A DNA stretch of 64,000 bases. It comes from an uncultured Pseudomonadota bacterium (GTDB lineage Bacteria > Pseudomonadota > Alphaproteobacteria > JACZXZ01). This document shows, piece after piece, positions 37,949 to 47,792 of the stretch. Each line of letters starts with the position of its first letter. Positions within the stretch are counted from its first letter, which is position 1. The stretch spans positions 576,001-640,000 of the forward strand of contig CAVVLJ010000020.1 of assembly GCA_963749075.1 (NCBI GenBank). Reading direction: 5' to 3'. The position numbers were made by a program, and so were the translations under genes. The notes under the pieces are model-generated. The model saw only the letters and a list, made by a program, of their open reading frames with translations. It was not told the origin of the DNA and searched no databases.

Positions 37949-39249
37949 TTCGGCCTGAGGTCGATGACGCGCTTCGCCTTGCCGAGCGAGCGCTCGACGG
38001 CACCGTGTGCGGCCACCTTCACCTCGACCGTGACGCCGATATAGGCCTTGACCTCATGCTCGAGCGCCTTGGCCGCATCCGCCTGGGCCGCGGGCGGCAG
38101 GCCCGCAGCACCTTCGACCACGACGGCGAGGGTGTCGAGCCGGCCCTCGCGCTTGACCTCGAGCACGTAATGGGGCGACAGCCGCGCGTCCTTGAGGATG
38201 AGCTCCTCGATCTGGGTTGGGAAGAGGTTGACGCCGCGGATGATCAGCATGTCGTCCGTGCGGCCGGTGATGCGCGCGAAGCGCCGGAAGCTGCGCGCGG
38301 TGCCGGGCAGCAGGCGCGTGAGATCCCGCGTGCGGTAGCGGATGACGGGGAAGCCCTCCTTGGTGAGCGTGGTGAAGACGAGCTCGCCGAAGGCGCCCTC
38401 CGGCAGCACCGCGGCGTCGGCAGGGTCGATCACCTCGGGATAGAAATGGTCCTCCCAGATGGTGGGTCCGTCCTTGGTCTCGACGCATTCGTTGGCGACG
38501 CCCGGCCCCATCACCTCGGAGAGGCCGTAGATATCGACCGCGTCGATGGCGAAGCGGGCCTCGATCTCCTTGCGCATCGCCTCGGTCCAGGGCTCGGCAC
38601 CATGGATGCCGATGCGGAGCGAGCAGGCGCTGGCGTCGCGGCCCTGGCGCTGGAACTCGTCGGCGATCGCCAGCATGTAGCTCGGCGTCACCATGACGAT
38701 GTCGGGCTTGAAGTCGGCGATGAGCTGGACCTGGCGCTCGGTCATGCCGCCCGAGACGGGGATCACGGTGCAGCCGAGCCGCTCGGCGCCGTAATGGGCG
38801 CCGAGGCCGCCGGTGAAGAGGCCGTAGCCGTAGGCCACGTGAACGATGTCGCCCGGCCGGCCGCCCGAGGCGCGGATCGAGCGCGCCATGAGGGTTGCCC
38901 AGACGTTGATGTCGCCCTCGGTATAGCCGACGACCGTCGGCTTCCCCGTGGTGCCCGAGGACGCATGGATGCGCACGATCCTCTCGCGCGGCACCGCGAA
39001 CATGCCGAAGGGATAGTTGCGCCGCAGGTCCTCCTTGGTGGTGAAGGGGAACCTGGCGAGATCCTCGAGATGCTTGAAGTCGCCCGGATGCACGCCCGCT
39101 GCGGCGAAGGCCTCCCGGTAATGGGGCACGTTCGCGTAGGCATGCGCGAGCGTGCGCTTGAGACGCTCGGTCTGCAGGCCTGCGATCTCGTCGCGGCTCG
39201 CCCTCTCGATCGGCTCCAGCTCGCCCTTCTGCGGCACCCGCGCCGGCAT
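37945..39249 (-). CDS. paaK: Phenylacetate--CoA ligase
   Basis: HASSGTTGKP, YGYGLFTGGLG, DIYGLSEVMGPGV, RYRTRD. Confidence 0.95.
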   Translation of the reverse strand: MPARVPQKGELEPIERASRDEIAGLQTERLKRTLAHAYANVPHYREAFAAAGVHPGDFKHLEDLARFPFTTKEDLRRNYPFGMFAVPRERIVRIHASSGTTGKPTVVGYTEGDINVWATLMARSIRASGGRPGDIVHVAYGYGLFTGGLGAHYGAERLGCTVIPVSGGMTERQVQLIADFKPDIVMVTPSYMLAIADEFQRQGRDASACSLRIGIHGAEPWTEAMRKEIEARFAIDAVDIYGLSEVMGPGVANECVETKDGPTIWEDHFYPEVIDPADAAVLPEGAFGELVFTTLTKEGFPVIRYRTRDLTRLLPGTARSFRRFARITGRTDDMLIIRGVNLFPTQIEELILKDARLSPHYVLEVKREGRLDTLAVVVEGAAGLPPAAQADAAKALEHEVKAYIGVTVEVKVAAHGAVERSLGKAKRVIDLRPK

Positions 39250-39272
39250 GACGTTACCTCCAAAAAGAGAGT

Positions 39273-39364
39273 TTTTAGCGCGGAGGAAGCGGAGGTTTCG
39301 CAGAGGGCGCAGTGATTGTTATACCTCCGCGTACCCTGCGCCTCCTCCGCCTCCTCCGCGTTGA
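39273..39364. repeat. Palindromic element family C, copy 2 (inside the paa operon)
   Basis: AGCGCGGAGGAAGCGGAGGTTTCGCAGAGGGCGCAGTGA...CGCGTACCCTGCG...TCCTCCGCG aligns with 22012-22104. Confidence 0.8.
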
Positions 39365-39410
39365 CCCTTTCTTGTCTTCTCTTCCGTGCCTCCTTTGTGA
39401 ATTTATCTCC

Positions 39411-40616
39411 TCACGCCCGCTCGATCACCATGGCGATGCCTTGGCCGACGCCGATGCACATGGTGGTAAGCGCATAGCGGCCCTTGCGCCGGGCGAGCTC
39501 GTAGCCGGCGGTGAGCACGAGGCGCGCGCCCGAGGCGCCGAGGGGATGGCCGAGGGCGATGGCGCCGCCGTTGGGGTTGACGTGCTCGGCGTCGTCCGGC
39601 AGGCCGAGCTGGCGCAGGACCGCGAGCGCCTGGGCGGCAAAGGCCTCGTTGAGCTCGATCACCGCCATCTCGGCGAGCCCGAGGCCCAAGCGCTCGAGGA
39701 GCTTCCTCGTGGCCGGCGCCGGCCCGATGCCCATGATGCGGGGTGCGACGCCGGCGCTCCCGGCACCGACTACGCGGGCCTTGGGCGTAAGCCCGTATTG
39801 CTTCACCGCGCGCGCGGAGGCGAGGAGGAGGGCGGCCGAGCCGTCGTTCACGCCCGAGGCATTGCCGGCCGTCACCGTGCCGCCCTTGCGGAACGGCGCC
39901 GGCAGCTTGGCGAGCGCCTCGAGCGTGGTGTCGGGCCGCGGATGCTCGTCCTCGGTCACGACCTTGGGCTCGCCCTTCCGCTGCGCGATGCTGACCGGCA
40001 CGATCTCGGCGGCCAAGGCGCCGTTCTTCATGGCAACGCCGGCGTGCGCCTGGGAGCGCTGGGCGAAGGCGTCCTGGTCGGCGCGCGAGATCTGGAACTC
40101 CTCGGCCACGTTCTCGCCGGTCTCGGGCATGGAATCGATGCCGTACTGGGCCTTCATGAGCGGGTTGACGAAGCGCCAGCCGATGGTGGTGTCGTAGATC
40201 TCGGCTGAACGGCTGAAGGCGGCCTCCGCCTTGGGCATGACGAAGGGTGCCCTGCTCATGCTCTCGACGCCGCCCGCGATCATGAGGTCGGCCTCGCCCG
40301 TCTTGATGGCGCGCGCGCATTGCGCGACCGCCTCCATGCCCGAGCCGCAGAGGCGGTTGACGGTGACGCCGGAGACAGCACTCGGGAGACCCGCGAGAAG
40401 GGCCGCCATGCGCGCCACATTGCGGTTGTCCTCGCCCGCCTGGTTGGCGCAGCCGTAGATCACGTCGTCGAGCGCCTCCCAGGCAATACCCGGGTTGCGC
40501 TTGATAAGCGCCTTGATAGGCACGGCCGCGAGATCGTCGGTGCGCACTCCCGCGAGGACGCCGCCGTAGCGCCCGATGGGCGTGCGCACCGCGTCGCAGA
40601 TAAAGGCTTCGCTCAT
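39411..40616 (-). CDS. paaJ: 3-oxoadipyl-CoA thiolase (PaaJ/PcaF)
   Basis: [37 protein letters not shown]. Confidence 0.93.
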   Translation of the reverse strand: MSEAFICDAVRTPIGRYGGVLAGVRTDDLAAVPIKALIKRNPGIAWEALDDVIYGCANQAGEDNRNVARMAALLAGLPSAVSGVTVNRLCGSGMEAVAQCARAIKTGEADLMIAGGVESMSRAPFVMPKAEAAFSRSAEIYDTTIGWRFVNPLMKAQYGIDSMPETGENVAEEFQISRADQDAFAQRSQAHAGVAMKNGALAAEIVPVSIAQRKGEPKVVTEDEHPRPDTTLEALAKLPAPFRKGGTVTAGNASGVNDGSAALLLASARAVKQYGLTPKARVVGAGSAGVAPRIMGIGPAPATRKLLERLGLGLAEMAVIELNEAFAAQALAVLRQLGLPDDAEHVNPNGGAIALGHPLGASGARLVLTAGYELARRKGRYALTTMCIGVGQGIAMVIERA

Positions 40617-41104
40617 TTGGGCTCCCTCTCTCGCTCGCCGTGAGCGGGCTCGGGTGCTGCCACCACCTCTCCCGCGATGACGCGCGAATTGCCGCGGAAG
40701 AGGGCGACGAGCTCGCCCGCCTCGTTGCTCACCTTCACGTCGTAGACGCCGCCCCGGCCGGCGAGCGTCTGCTCGGCCGCCTCGGCGCTGAGGACCTCGC
40801 CGAGCCGTGCCGGCTTGAGAAAGCTGATGGTGCAGTGCTGGGCCACGGCGTTCCGGTTGTGCGAGTTGCAGGAGAAGGCGAAGGCGGTGTCGGCGAGGGT
40901 GAAGATGAGGCCGCCATGGCAGGTGCCGTGGCCGTTCACCATGTCCTCGCGCACCGTCATGCAAGTCTGCGCGTAACCGGGGCGGATGGCGAGGAGTTGG
41001 ATGCCGAGCGCCCGGGAGGCGCTGTCCCGCGCGTACATGCCTACCCCCACCGCGTCCGCCAGGCGCTGCGCCCGCCCGCGGCTCCCGCCCGCCGCCTCAG
41101 CCAT
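40613..41104 (-). CDS. paaI: Hydroxyphenylacetyl-CoA thioesterase
   Basis: [25 protein letters not shown] hot-dog fold motif. Confidence 0.92.
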   Translation of the reverse strand: MAEAAGGSRGRAQRLADAVGVGMYARDSASRALGIQLLAIRPGYAQTCMTVREDMVNGHGTCHGGLIFTLADTAFAFSCNSHNRNAVAQHCTISFLKPARLGEVLSAEAAEQTLAGRGGVYDVKVSNEAGELVALFRGNSRVIAGEVVAAPEPAHGEREREPK

Positions 41105-42629
41105 GAAAATGCCCTCCGCCGAGCACCTTGCGGCGCAGGAGTGGCGAGGCGCGGTAGCGGTCGTCACCGTAGCTCCGCGCGAGATGGTCGAGGACCGCGA
41201 GGATGCGCGCGAGCCCGAGCGCCTCCGCCCAGGCGAGCGGGCCTTGGGGATAGGAGACACCCTTGACCATGGCCGTATCGACCGCCTCAGCCGTGGCCAC
41301 GGATTGGTTGACCGCCTCCGCCGCCTCATTGGCCAGCATGGCAAGGATGCGCATGAGCACCATGCCGGGCACGTCGTCGATGGGCGAGACCGCCATGCCG
41401 AGCGCCTGGAAGAGGCCGCCTGCTGCGGCGAGCGCCTCGGGCGGCGCCTGGTTGGCCTTGGCGAGTGCGATGCGACGCGCCGAGCCATAGTCGCGCGCGA
41501 GATCGAAAAGCACCAGGCGCTCGCCCGCCCGCTCGCTCGCCGCCCGCTCGGTGGCGCTGCGGCCGTCGGTCAAGCGCAGCACGGCGCCGTCGAGCACGAT
41601 CGCCCCCTCGCGCGCATCCTCGCCGTCGCGCGCGCCGAGCGGGAGACCCTTGGCCTTGATCGCGGCGGCGAGGTCCTCGGCCGGGCCGAGCCGGCCCTCG
41701 ATCACGATGCGCCGGGGCGGCGGAGCCGGCGGCAGCGTCGCCGGCTGGGGCGGCGTCGCACCCTCCGAGTAAGCGTACCAGCCATGCCCGCTCTTGCGCC
41801 CGAGGCGGCCGGCAGCGACGAGCTCGCGTTGTCTCAAGGAAGGCTTGTAGCGCGGGTCGTAGAAATAGTCGGCGAAGACCGAGTTGGTCACCGCCCAGTT
41901 CACGTCGAGGCCCACGAGGTCCATGACCTCGAAGGGCCCCATGCAGAAGCCGCCCGCCTCGCGTGCCAGTGAATCGATGGTGGCGAAATCGGCGGCACCC
42001 TCCTCGAGCAGGCGCAGCGCCTCGCCGTAGAAGGGCCGCGCCACCCGGTTCACGATGAAGCCGGGCGTCGAGGCTGCGTGCACCGGGTCCTTGCCCCAGG
42101 ATCTCGCCGTGTCGGCGACCAGGGCCGTGACGGCGGGGTCGCTCGCGAGGCCGCTCACCACCTCGACGAGCGGCATGAGCGGCGGCGGGTTGAAGAAATG
42201 CATGCCGCAGACGCGGCCCGGCCGCTTGAGCCCGGCGGCGATCGCGGTGAGCGAAAGCGAGGAGGTGTTGGAGGCGAGGACCGCGTCCTCGCCCACCACC
42301 GCCTCGAGTGCCGCGAAGAGCGCGCGCTTGGCGGCGAGCTCCTCGACCACCGCCTCGATGACGAGCGACGCGGGCGCCAGCTCCGCGAGATCGGCGCACA
42401 GGGCGATGCGCTCGAGGAGCGCCGCCTGCACCTCGGCCGCCATGCGCCCGCGCTCGACGAGGCGCTGGAGCGCCTTGGCGATGCCGTCGCGCGCGCGCGC
42501 GGCAGCGCCTGCGGCTGCGTCATAGAGCAGCACGCGATGGCCGGCCGCGGCCGCCACCTGGGCGATGCCGCTTCCCATGGTGCCGGCGCCGACCACGGCG
42601 ACCGTTGCGCTCTTGGCGAGGGCTGCCAT
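41097..42629 (-). CDS. paaH: 3-hydroxyadipyl-CoA dehydrogenase
   Basis: GAGTMGSGIA, SNTSSLS, GMHFFNP, PGFIVNRVARPFYGEA. Confidence 0.92.
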   Translation of the reverse strand: MAALAKSATVAVVGAGTMGSGIAQVAAAAGHRVLLYDAAAGAAARARDGIAKALQRLVERGRMAAEVQAALLERIALCADLAELAPASLVIEAVVEELAAKRALFAALEAVVGEDAVLASNTSSLSLTAIAAGLKRPGRVCGMHFFNPPPLMPLVEVVSGLASDPAVTALVADTARSWGKDPVHAASTPGFIVNRVARPFYGEALRLLEEGAADFATIDSLAREAGGFCMGPFEVMDLVGLDVNWAVTNSVFADYFYDPRYKPSLRQRELVAAGRLGRKSGHGWYAYSEGATPPQPATLPPAPPPRRIVIEGRLGPAEDLAAAIKAKGLPLGARDGEDAREGAIVLDGAVLRLTDGRSATERAASERAGERLVLFDLARDYGSARRIALAKANQAPPEALAAAGGLFQALGMAVSPIDDVPGMVLMRILAMLANEAAEAVNQSVATAEAVDTAMVKGVSYPQGPLAWAEALGLARILAVLDHLARSYGDDRYRASPLLRRKVLGGGHFHG

Positions 42630-43420
42630 CAGCGCCCCTTGAACTGCGGCTTGCGCTTCTCGAGGAAGGCGGCGACGCCCTCGCGGTAGTCCTCGCTGCG
42701 CGCGGCGATGCGCTGGAGGTCGCGTTCGAGGTCGAGCTGGCGCTCGAGGCTGTTGCCCGCGGAGGCGTTGATCGCCTGCTTGATGAGGGCGAGTCCCTTG
42801 GTCGGCTGCTCTGCCAGATGCGAGGCCAGCGCGCGCGCCTCCTCGGCGAGCTTGTCGTCGTCGACGCACCTCCAGATCATGCCCATCTCGACCGCACGCT
42901 CGGCGGAGACCGGCTCGCCCAAGAGGGCCAGGCCCAGTGCCCGCGCCTGGCCGACGAGGCGCGGCAGCGCGTAGGTGCCGCCCGCATCGGGCACCAGGCC
43001 AAGGCGGCAGAAGGCCTGGATGAAGCTCGCCGAGCGCGCGGCGAGCACGATGTCGCAGGCGAGTGCCAGGTTGGCGCCGGCCCCGGCCGCGACGCCGTTG
43101 ACCGCGGCCACCACGGGGAGCGCCATGCCGCGCAGGCGGCGGATGAGAGGATTGTAGAGGCGCTCGAGCGTGTCGCCCGCATCGTGCGGCGGCTCGCCGG
43201 GTGCGGTCCTACGCTCGCTCAGGTCCTGGCCGGCAGAGAAGCCGCGGCCGGCGCCGGTCAGGAGAAGCGCGCGCAGCTCCTTGTCGTCCTCCACCTCGTC
43301 GAGTGCTGCCTTGAGCTCGCCGTGCATCTCGGCGGTGAAGGCATTGAGCCGCTCCGGCCGGTTGAGCGTGATCGCGGCATAGCCTTGGGCGCGCTCGAAG
43401 ACGATGGTGCGGTAGGCCAT
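42629..43420 (-). CDS. paaG: 1,2-epoxyphenylacetyl-CoA isomerase (crotonase family)
   Basis: GRGFSAGQDL, YNPLIR, AAGAGANLALACD, LVPDAGGT. Confidence 0.92.
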   Translation of the reverse strand: MAYRTIVFERAQGYAAITLNRPERLNAFTAEMHGELKAALDEVEDDKELRALLLTGAGRGFSAGQDLSERRTAPGEPPHDAGDTLERLYNPLIRRLRGMALPVVAAVNGVAAGAGANLALACDIVLAARSASFIQAFCRLGLVPDAGGTYALPRLVGQARALGLALLGEPVSAERAVEMGMIWRCVDDDKLAEEARALASHLAEQPTKGLALIKQAINASAGNSLERQLDLERDLQRIAARSEDYREGVAAFLEKRKPQFKGR

Positions 43421-43432
43421 GGCGCGCGCCCC

Positions 43433-44230
43433 CTAGTCCGTTGCGGCGGCGGCATCGGCCGCCGCCCGCGGCGCCGCGAGCCCGAGGGCCGCAAGCCGCT
43501 CGCCGATCTCCGCCTCCCAACGCGCGAGGAGCTCGCCGTTGGCATGCTGGCGCAGGCCGTATTTGCGGTAGAGCTCGAAGCGCTCGCTCTCGCTGCGCCC
43601 GAAGGTGGCGGCGACGCGCGGGTACCAGTAGGCGACGGAGGCAGCTGCCGCAAGGGCGGCGCGGTCCCGCTCGATGGCGCGCTTGAGCCCGGCCTCGCCG
43701 AGGCGCGCATGGGCGATCTCGCCGAGCACGATGCTCCTCAGCGCCGCACCGAGCGGCTGGTAGGAGCACTCGAGGAGATCGCCCAGCTGGATGGCGCTGG
43801 CGCGGCCCATCAGCATGTTCATCGCCACCGCGTCGACCCAGCCCTCGAGGGGGTAATGGAAGACGTTGAGGCGCTTGTCGCCGCCGAGGCGCCGGTTGCC
43901 GAGGTCGAGGGCGCGGTCGAGCCGCGCCTGCCAGGCGTGCGAGCGCACGTAAAGCTGCGGGTCGACGCCGAAGCGCTTCATGAGCTCGAGCACGGCCTCG
44001 GCGTGGGCGAACTTGTCGCTCACGATGCGGGCCGCCGCGGCGCGCTCGCGGATGCCGGGTGCGGTGTTGATGCGCTCGGCGAAGCCCGCGGCCCCGGCGA
44101 GCTCCGAATCGACGAAGACGACCATGAGGCGCAGGAGCTCGGCGCGATAGCCGGCCGGGAGCTCGTCGTCCGCGCCGAGTTTCCTCCCCTGGCCGATGCG
44201 CGCGATGAGATCGGCGTCGTCGCTTCCCAC
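43433..44230 (-). CDS. PaaA/PaaC-like ferritin-fold protein with degenerate di-iron ligands
   Basis: YRAELLRLM..FVDSELAG, SYQPL, EIAHARLG, YWYPRV...FG. Confidence 0.75.
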   Translation of the reverse strand: MGSDDADLIARIGQGRKLGADDELPAGYRAELLRLMVVFVDSELAGAAGFAERINTAPGIRERAAAARIVSDKFAHAEAVLELMKRFGVDPQLYVRSHAWQARLDRALDLGNRRLGGDKRLNVFHYPLEGWVDAVAMNMLMGRASAIQLGDLLECSYQPLGAALRSIVLGEIAHARLGEAGLKRAIERDRAALAAAASVAYWYPRVAATFGRSESERFELYRKYGLRQHANGELLARWEAEIGERLAALGLAAPRAAADAAAATD

Positions 44231-44361
44231 CCGGTCCTCCTTGGCGGTCCTCCTTGGCGGCTCGCCGCCCTTGGGCCTACTCTACCCCGCGCGCGCCCCC
44301 CTTTGTAGGGGCCTATCCGCATGCGGCAGGTGCTGCCCGGTCCCCGCTTCCTCGAGGTGCG

Positions 44362-44811
44362 ATGGCGGACATCCTCATCCTGGTCGGCAGCGAATCGGGC
44401 AATGCCCAGATGGTGGCCGACGTCCTCGAGGAGGAGCTCGGCAAGGCGGGCCATGCGGTCGAGGTCCAGTCTAAGGGCGGTGCGGAGGAGGCGAGGCTTG
44501 CCGCGCGCTCGACCGTGCTGATCTGCTGCTCGACCCACGGCGAGGGCGAGTTGCCCGAGAACATCCGGCCGCTCTACGCGGCGCTCGAGCAAGCGCGGCC
44601 CGATCTCTCCCGCCTGCGCTACGGCGTGATCGCGCTCGGCGACCAGACCTACAGCGCCACCTTCTGCCGCGGCGGCAAGATCATGGACGCGCTTTTCGCT
44701 TCCCTCGGCGCCGAGCGCATCGGCGAGCGGCTCGAAATCGACGCCTGCACCCAGCCGCTGCCCGACGAGGAGGCGCTTGACTGGGCGCGGGAGTGGGTGT
44801 CCGTGCTGTGA
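44362..44811 (+). CDS. Flavodoxin (MioC/YqcA-like)
   Basis: GSESGNAQMVA, STHGEGELPEN, LGDQTY..FC; GAGGT RBS. Confidence 0.9.
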   Translation: MADILILVGSESGNAQMVADVLEEELGKAGHAVEVQSKGGAEEARLAARSTVLICCSTHGEGELPENIRPLYAALEQARPDLSRLRYGVIALGDQTYSATFCRGGKIMDALFASLGAERIGERLEIDACTQPLPDEEALDWAREWVSVL

Positions 44812-44821
44812 GCGCCGCGCG

Positions 44822-45268
44822 CTACGCCCGCGAGAGCGCCGCCCAGCGCCGGATCGAGCGGCGGTAGCCTTCGGGCATGGCGAGGGCGTCGATCTCGTCG
44901 AGGGCGAAGAGGCCGAGTGCCTTGTGCTCGGCGCTGAGCACGGGCTCGCTCCCGCCGTGCACGGCGCAGCCGTAGCTCACGATGACGACCTCGACCTCGC
45001 CGCAAATGTCATAAAGCCAGCAGTCGAGGATGTCGGCGGCCGAGACGGCGAGGCCGAGCTCCTCGGCTATCTCGCGCTCAAGGCAGGTGCGCGGGTCCTC
45101 GCCCGGCTCGAGCTTGCCGCCCGGCAGCTCCCACTCGTCGCGCTCGTTCTTGAGCAGGGCGACCTTGCCGCGGAGCAGCACGACGCCCTTGATGGAGACG
45201 GGAAAGCGCTGAGCGCCGCCGTCCGGGTTCGGCGCATCCCCATCGGCCGTGTGGTGCTTCCCTGTCAT
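44822..45268 (-). CDS. NUDIX hydrolase
   Basis: Nudix box GGKLEPGEDPRTCLEREIAEELG. Confidence 0.9.
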   Translation of the reverse strand: MTGKHHTADGDAPNPDGGAQRFPVSIKGVVLLRGKVALLKNERDEWELPGGKLEPGEDPRTCLEREIAEELGLAVSAADILDCWLYDICGEVEVVIVSYGCAVHGGSEPVLSAEHKALGLFALDEIDALAMPEGYRRSIRRWAALSRA

Positions 45269-45404
45269 GGCGGAATGGCGCTCCTCCCCTCTCCCGCGAT
45301 TATGGCACGGCGGAGGCCGAGAGGGTTGCGCCGCGCGCGACGGCCGTTGCACACTGTCCTTGTCCGAATGCGCTCTTGCTCGAGCGCCGGCAGGAGGAAG
45401 CGGC

Positions 45405-46265
45405 ATGGCGCCCGCCGTCAGCGCCTTTTTCGACGACGCCACCAAGAGCATCAGCTATCTCGTCGCCGATCCGGCGAGTAGGGAGGCCGTGGTGATCGAC
45501 CCGGTGCTCGACTATCAGGCGGCGGGCGCCCGCATCGGCACGGCAGGTGCCGACCGCATCCTCGCCAAGGTGGGCGAGGACCGCCTCGCCGCCGCCTGGA
45601 TCCTCGAGACCCATTCCCACGCCGACCACCTCTCGGCCGGCGCTTATCTCAAGGAGCGGCTGGGTGCGAGGACCGCGATCGGCCGCGGCATCGTCGAGGT
45701 GCAGCGCACCTGGCAGCGCATCTACAACCTCGACGTCGGCTTTCTGCCCGACGGCTCCCAGTTCGACCGCCTGCTCGACGACGGCGAGCGCCTGCCGCTC
45801 GGCGCGCTCGAGGTGCGCGTGCTGGCGACGCCGGGCCACACGCCTGCCTGTCTCACTTACGCGATCGGCGACTGCGCCTTCGTGGGCGACACGCTCTTCA
45901 TGCCCGACTACGGCACGGCGCGCTGCGATTTTCCCGGCGGCGACGCGCGCGTGCTCTTCCGCTCGATCCGCCGCATCCTGGCGCTGCCGGCTGCCACGCG
46001 GCTCTTCACCTGCCACGATTACGCGCCCGGCGGACGCGCCTATGGCTGGGAGACGACGGTCGCCGAGCAGCGCGCCGCCAACATCCACATGCACGACGGC
46101 GTGGATGAGGAGAGCTTCGTCGCCATGCGCCGCGCGCGCGATGCACAGCTCTCGCCGCCCGAGCTGATCCTCCCGGCCCTCCAGGTCAATATCCGTGCGG
46201 GCGCCTTGCCGCCGCCCGAGGCGAACGGCGTCTCCTATCTGCGCATCCCCTTGAACGCGATTTGA
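45405..46265 (+). CDS. MBL-fold persulfide/sulfur dioxygenase (Blh/ETHE1-like)
   Basis: ETHSHADHLS, TPGHTPAC, GDTLFMPDYGTARCDFPGG, CHDY, LRIPLN. Confidence 0.9.
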   Translation: MAPAVSAFFDDATKSISYLVADPASREAVVIDPVLDYQAAGARIGTAGADRILAKVGEDRLAAAWILETHSHADHLSAGAYLKERLGARTAIGRGIVEVQRTWQRIYNLDVGFLPDGSQFDRLLDDGERLPLGALEVRVLATPGHTPACLTYAIGDCAFVGDTLFMPDYGTARCDFPGGDARVLFRSIRRILALPAATRLFTCHDYAPGGRAYGWETTVAEQRAANIHMHDGVDEESFVAMRRARDAQLSPPELILPALQVNIRAGALPPPEANGVSYLRIPLNAI

Positions 46266-46268
46266 ACC

Positions 46269-46502
46269 ATGACGCCCAAGCGCACGCTCGACGCCAAGGG
46301 CTTGAAATGCCCGCTCCCCGTGCTCAAGGCGCGGCGCGCGATGCGCGAGCTTGCCGAGGGCGACGTGCTCGAGGTGCTGGCGACCGATCCAGGTGCTGTC
46401 AAGGACTTCGCGGCCTTCTGTGCCGCCACCGGCGACGGCCTCCTCGCCTCCCGGCGCGACGGCGAGGTCTACGTCTTTCACATCAGGAAGGCTGCCGGAT
46501 GA
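46269..46502 (+). CDS. tusA: TusA/SirA family sulfur carrier
   Basis: LDAKGLKCPLP motif, ATDPG. Confidence 0.88.
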   Translation: MTPKRTLDAKGLKCPLPVLKARRAMRELAEGDVLEVLATDPGAVKDFAAFCAATGDGLLASRRDGEVYVFHIRKAAG

Positions 46503-46555
46503 CGGAATGTAGCGAGCGTGCTTTTCGTCGTCCGTCGTCCGTCATCTGTCGTCCG
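46496..46555. repeat. 7-bp tandem/inverted micro-repeat (TCGTCCG)n between convergent genes, family D
   Basis: TCGTCCG TCGTCCG TCATCTG TCGTCCG at 46528-46555, with complementary CGGATGACGGA at 46496. Confidence 0.65.
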
Positions 46556-47678
46556 CCTCCCAGCACCTCGCCGGTCCGAGCTGCGCCTCCGTGACGCCGC
46601 GTGCCGCCACGTCTGGAGGGAGCGAGGCGCCGCTTGCGAGGGCGGCTGTGATGCGGCCCATGGCGGGCGAGGTCTGGATGCCGTAGCCGCCTTGCCCGGC
46701 GAGCCAGAAAAAACCCTCCGCATCGGGAGCGAAGCCGGCCACGAGCGTCTTGTCCGCGACGAAGCTCCGCAAGCCCGCCCAGCGCCGCGAGATGCGCGCG
46801 ATCTTGAAGGTGACCGCCTTCTCGATGCGGTCGGCGGCAATCGCGATGTCGAGCTCCTCGGGCTGGACGTCCTGGGGCTCGACCGGCGTCTCGTCCGCGG
46901 GCGAGCCGAGGAGCTTGCCGGCCTCGGGCTTGAAGTAGAACTGCTCCTCCACGTCGGCGGCGAGCGGGCAGCCGTCGAGGCGGGAGCCGGGCGGGGCGTC
47001 GAAGATGAAGGCGGTGCGCCGCTTGGGCACGAGGCCGACTGGCTTGGCGCCGGCGCGCGCCGCGAGCACGTCCGCCCAGGCGCCGGCGGCGTTGACCAGC
47101 ACCGGGGCCGCGAAGTCGCCCGCGGGCGTGCGCACGTGCCAGCGCCCGCCCTTGCGCTCGGCCGAGGTGACCTCGGCCGAGGTCACGAGCTCGCCGCCGC
47201 GCGCGCGCAGGCCCCTCAAGAAGCCCTGGTGGATGGCGTGCACGTCCATGTCCATGGCGTCGGGATCGAGGAGGCCGGCCTCCACATAGTCGGGGTTGAC
47301 GAGCGGGAAGAGCGCCAGCGTCTCCTTCTTGTCGAGCTGCCGCAGGTTCGGCGCGTCGCGGCTCACCTCGGCATATTCGTGCTCGAGCGCCGCCATCTGG
47401 TCCTTGCGCGCCAGCAAGAGGACGCCGCGCGGCGAGAGCAGCGCTGCCTCGGAGAAGCCCTCGGGAGGGCCCACGAAGAAGGCGCGGCTCGCCGAGGTGA
47501 TGGCGCGCACAGTCGCATTGCCGTAGCTCTCGATGAACATGGCGGCGGAGCGCCCGGTCGTGTGGTAGCCCGGCTGGCTCTCGCGCTCGAGGAGAATGAC
47601 GCTGCCGCGGTGGGCGAGCTCGTAGCCGGCCGAGGCGCCGGCCATGCCGGCGCCGACGATGAGGAAATCGCAATCCAT
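46542..47678 (-). CDS. FAD-dependent oxidoreductase (D-arginine dehydrogenase DauA-like)
   Basis: GAGMAGAS, GYHTTGRSAA, NAAGAWAD, WAGLRSF, GQGGYGIQTSPAMG. Confidence 0.88.
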   Translation of the reverse strand: MDCDFLIVGAGMAGASAGYELAHRGSVILLERESQPGYHTTGRSAAMFIESYGNATVRAITSASRAFFVGPPEGFSEAALLSPRGVLLLARKDQMAALEHEYAEVSRDAPNLRQLDKKETLALFPLVNPDYVEAGLLDPDAMDMDVHAIHQGFLRGLRARGGELVTSAEVTSAERKGGRWHVRTPAGDFAAPVLVNAAGAWADVLAARAGAKPVGLVPKRRTAFIFDAPPGSRLDGCPLAADVEEQFYFKPEAGKLLGSPADETPVEPQDVQPEELDIAIAADRIEKAVTFKIARISRRWAGLRSFVADKTLVAGFAPDAEGFFWLAGQGGYGIQTSPAMGRITAALASGASLPPDVAARGVTEAQLGPARCWEADDR

Positions 47679-47792
47679 GGCGCCCTTATAGCGGCAAAAT
47701 GAGCGCTCGTCTCGCGAGGCCGGCTGGCGCCAAATGTTGATGACAAAATGCCGCAGTCCGGCCACTGTTGAGACCGCCCCCGAAGGACCGCC

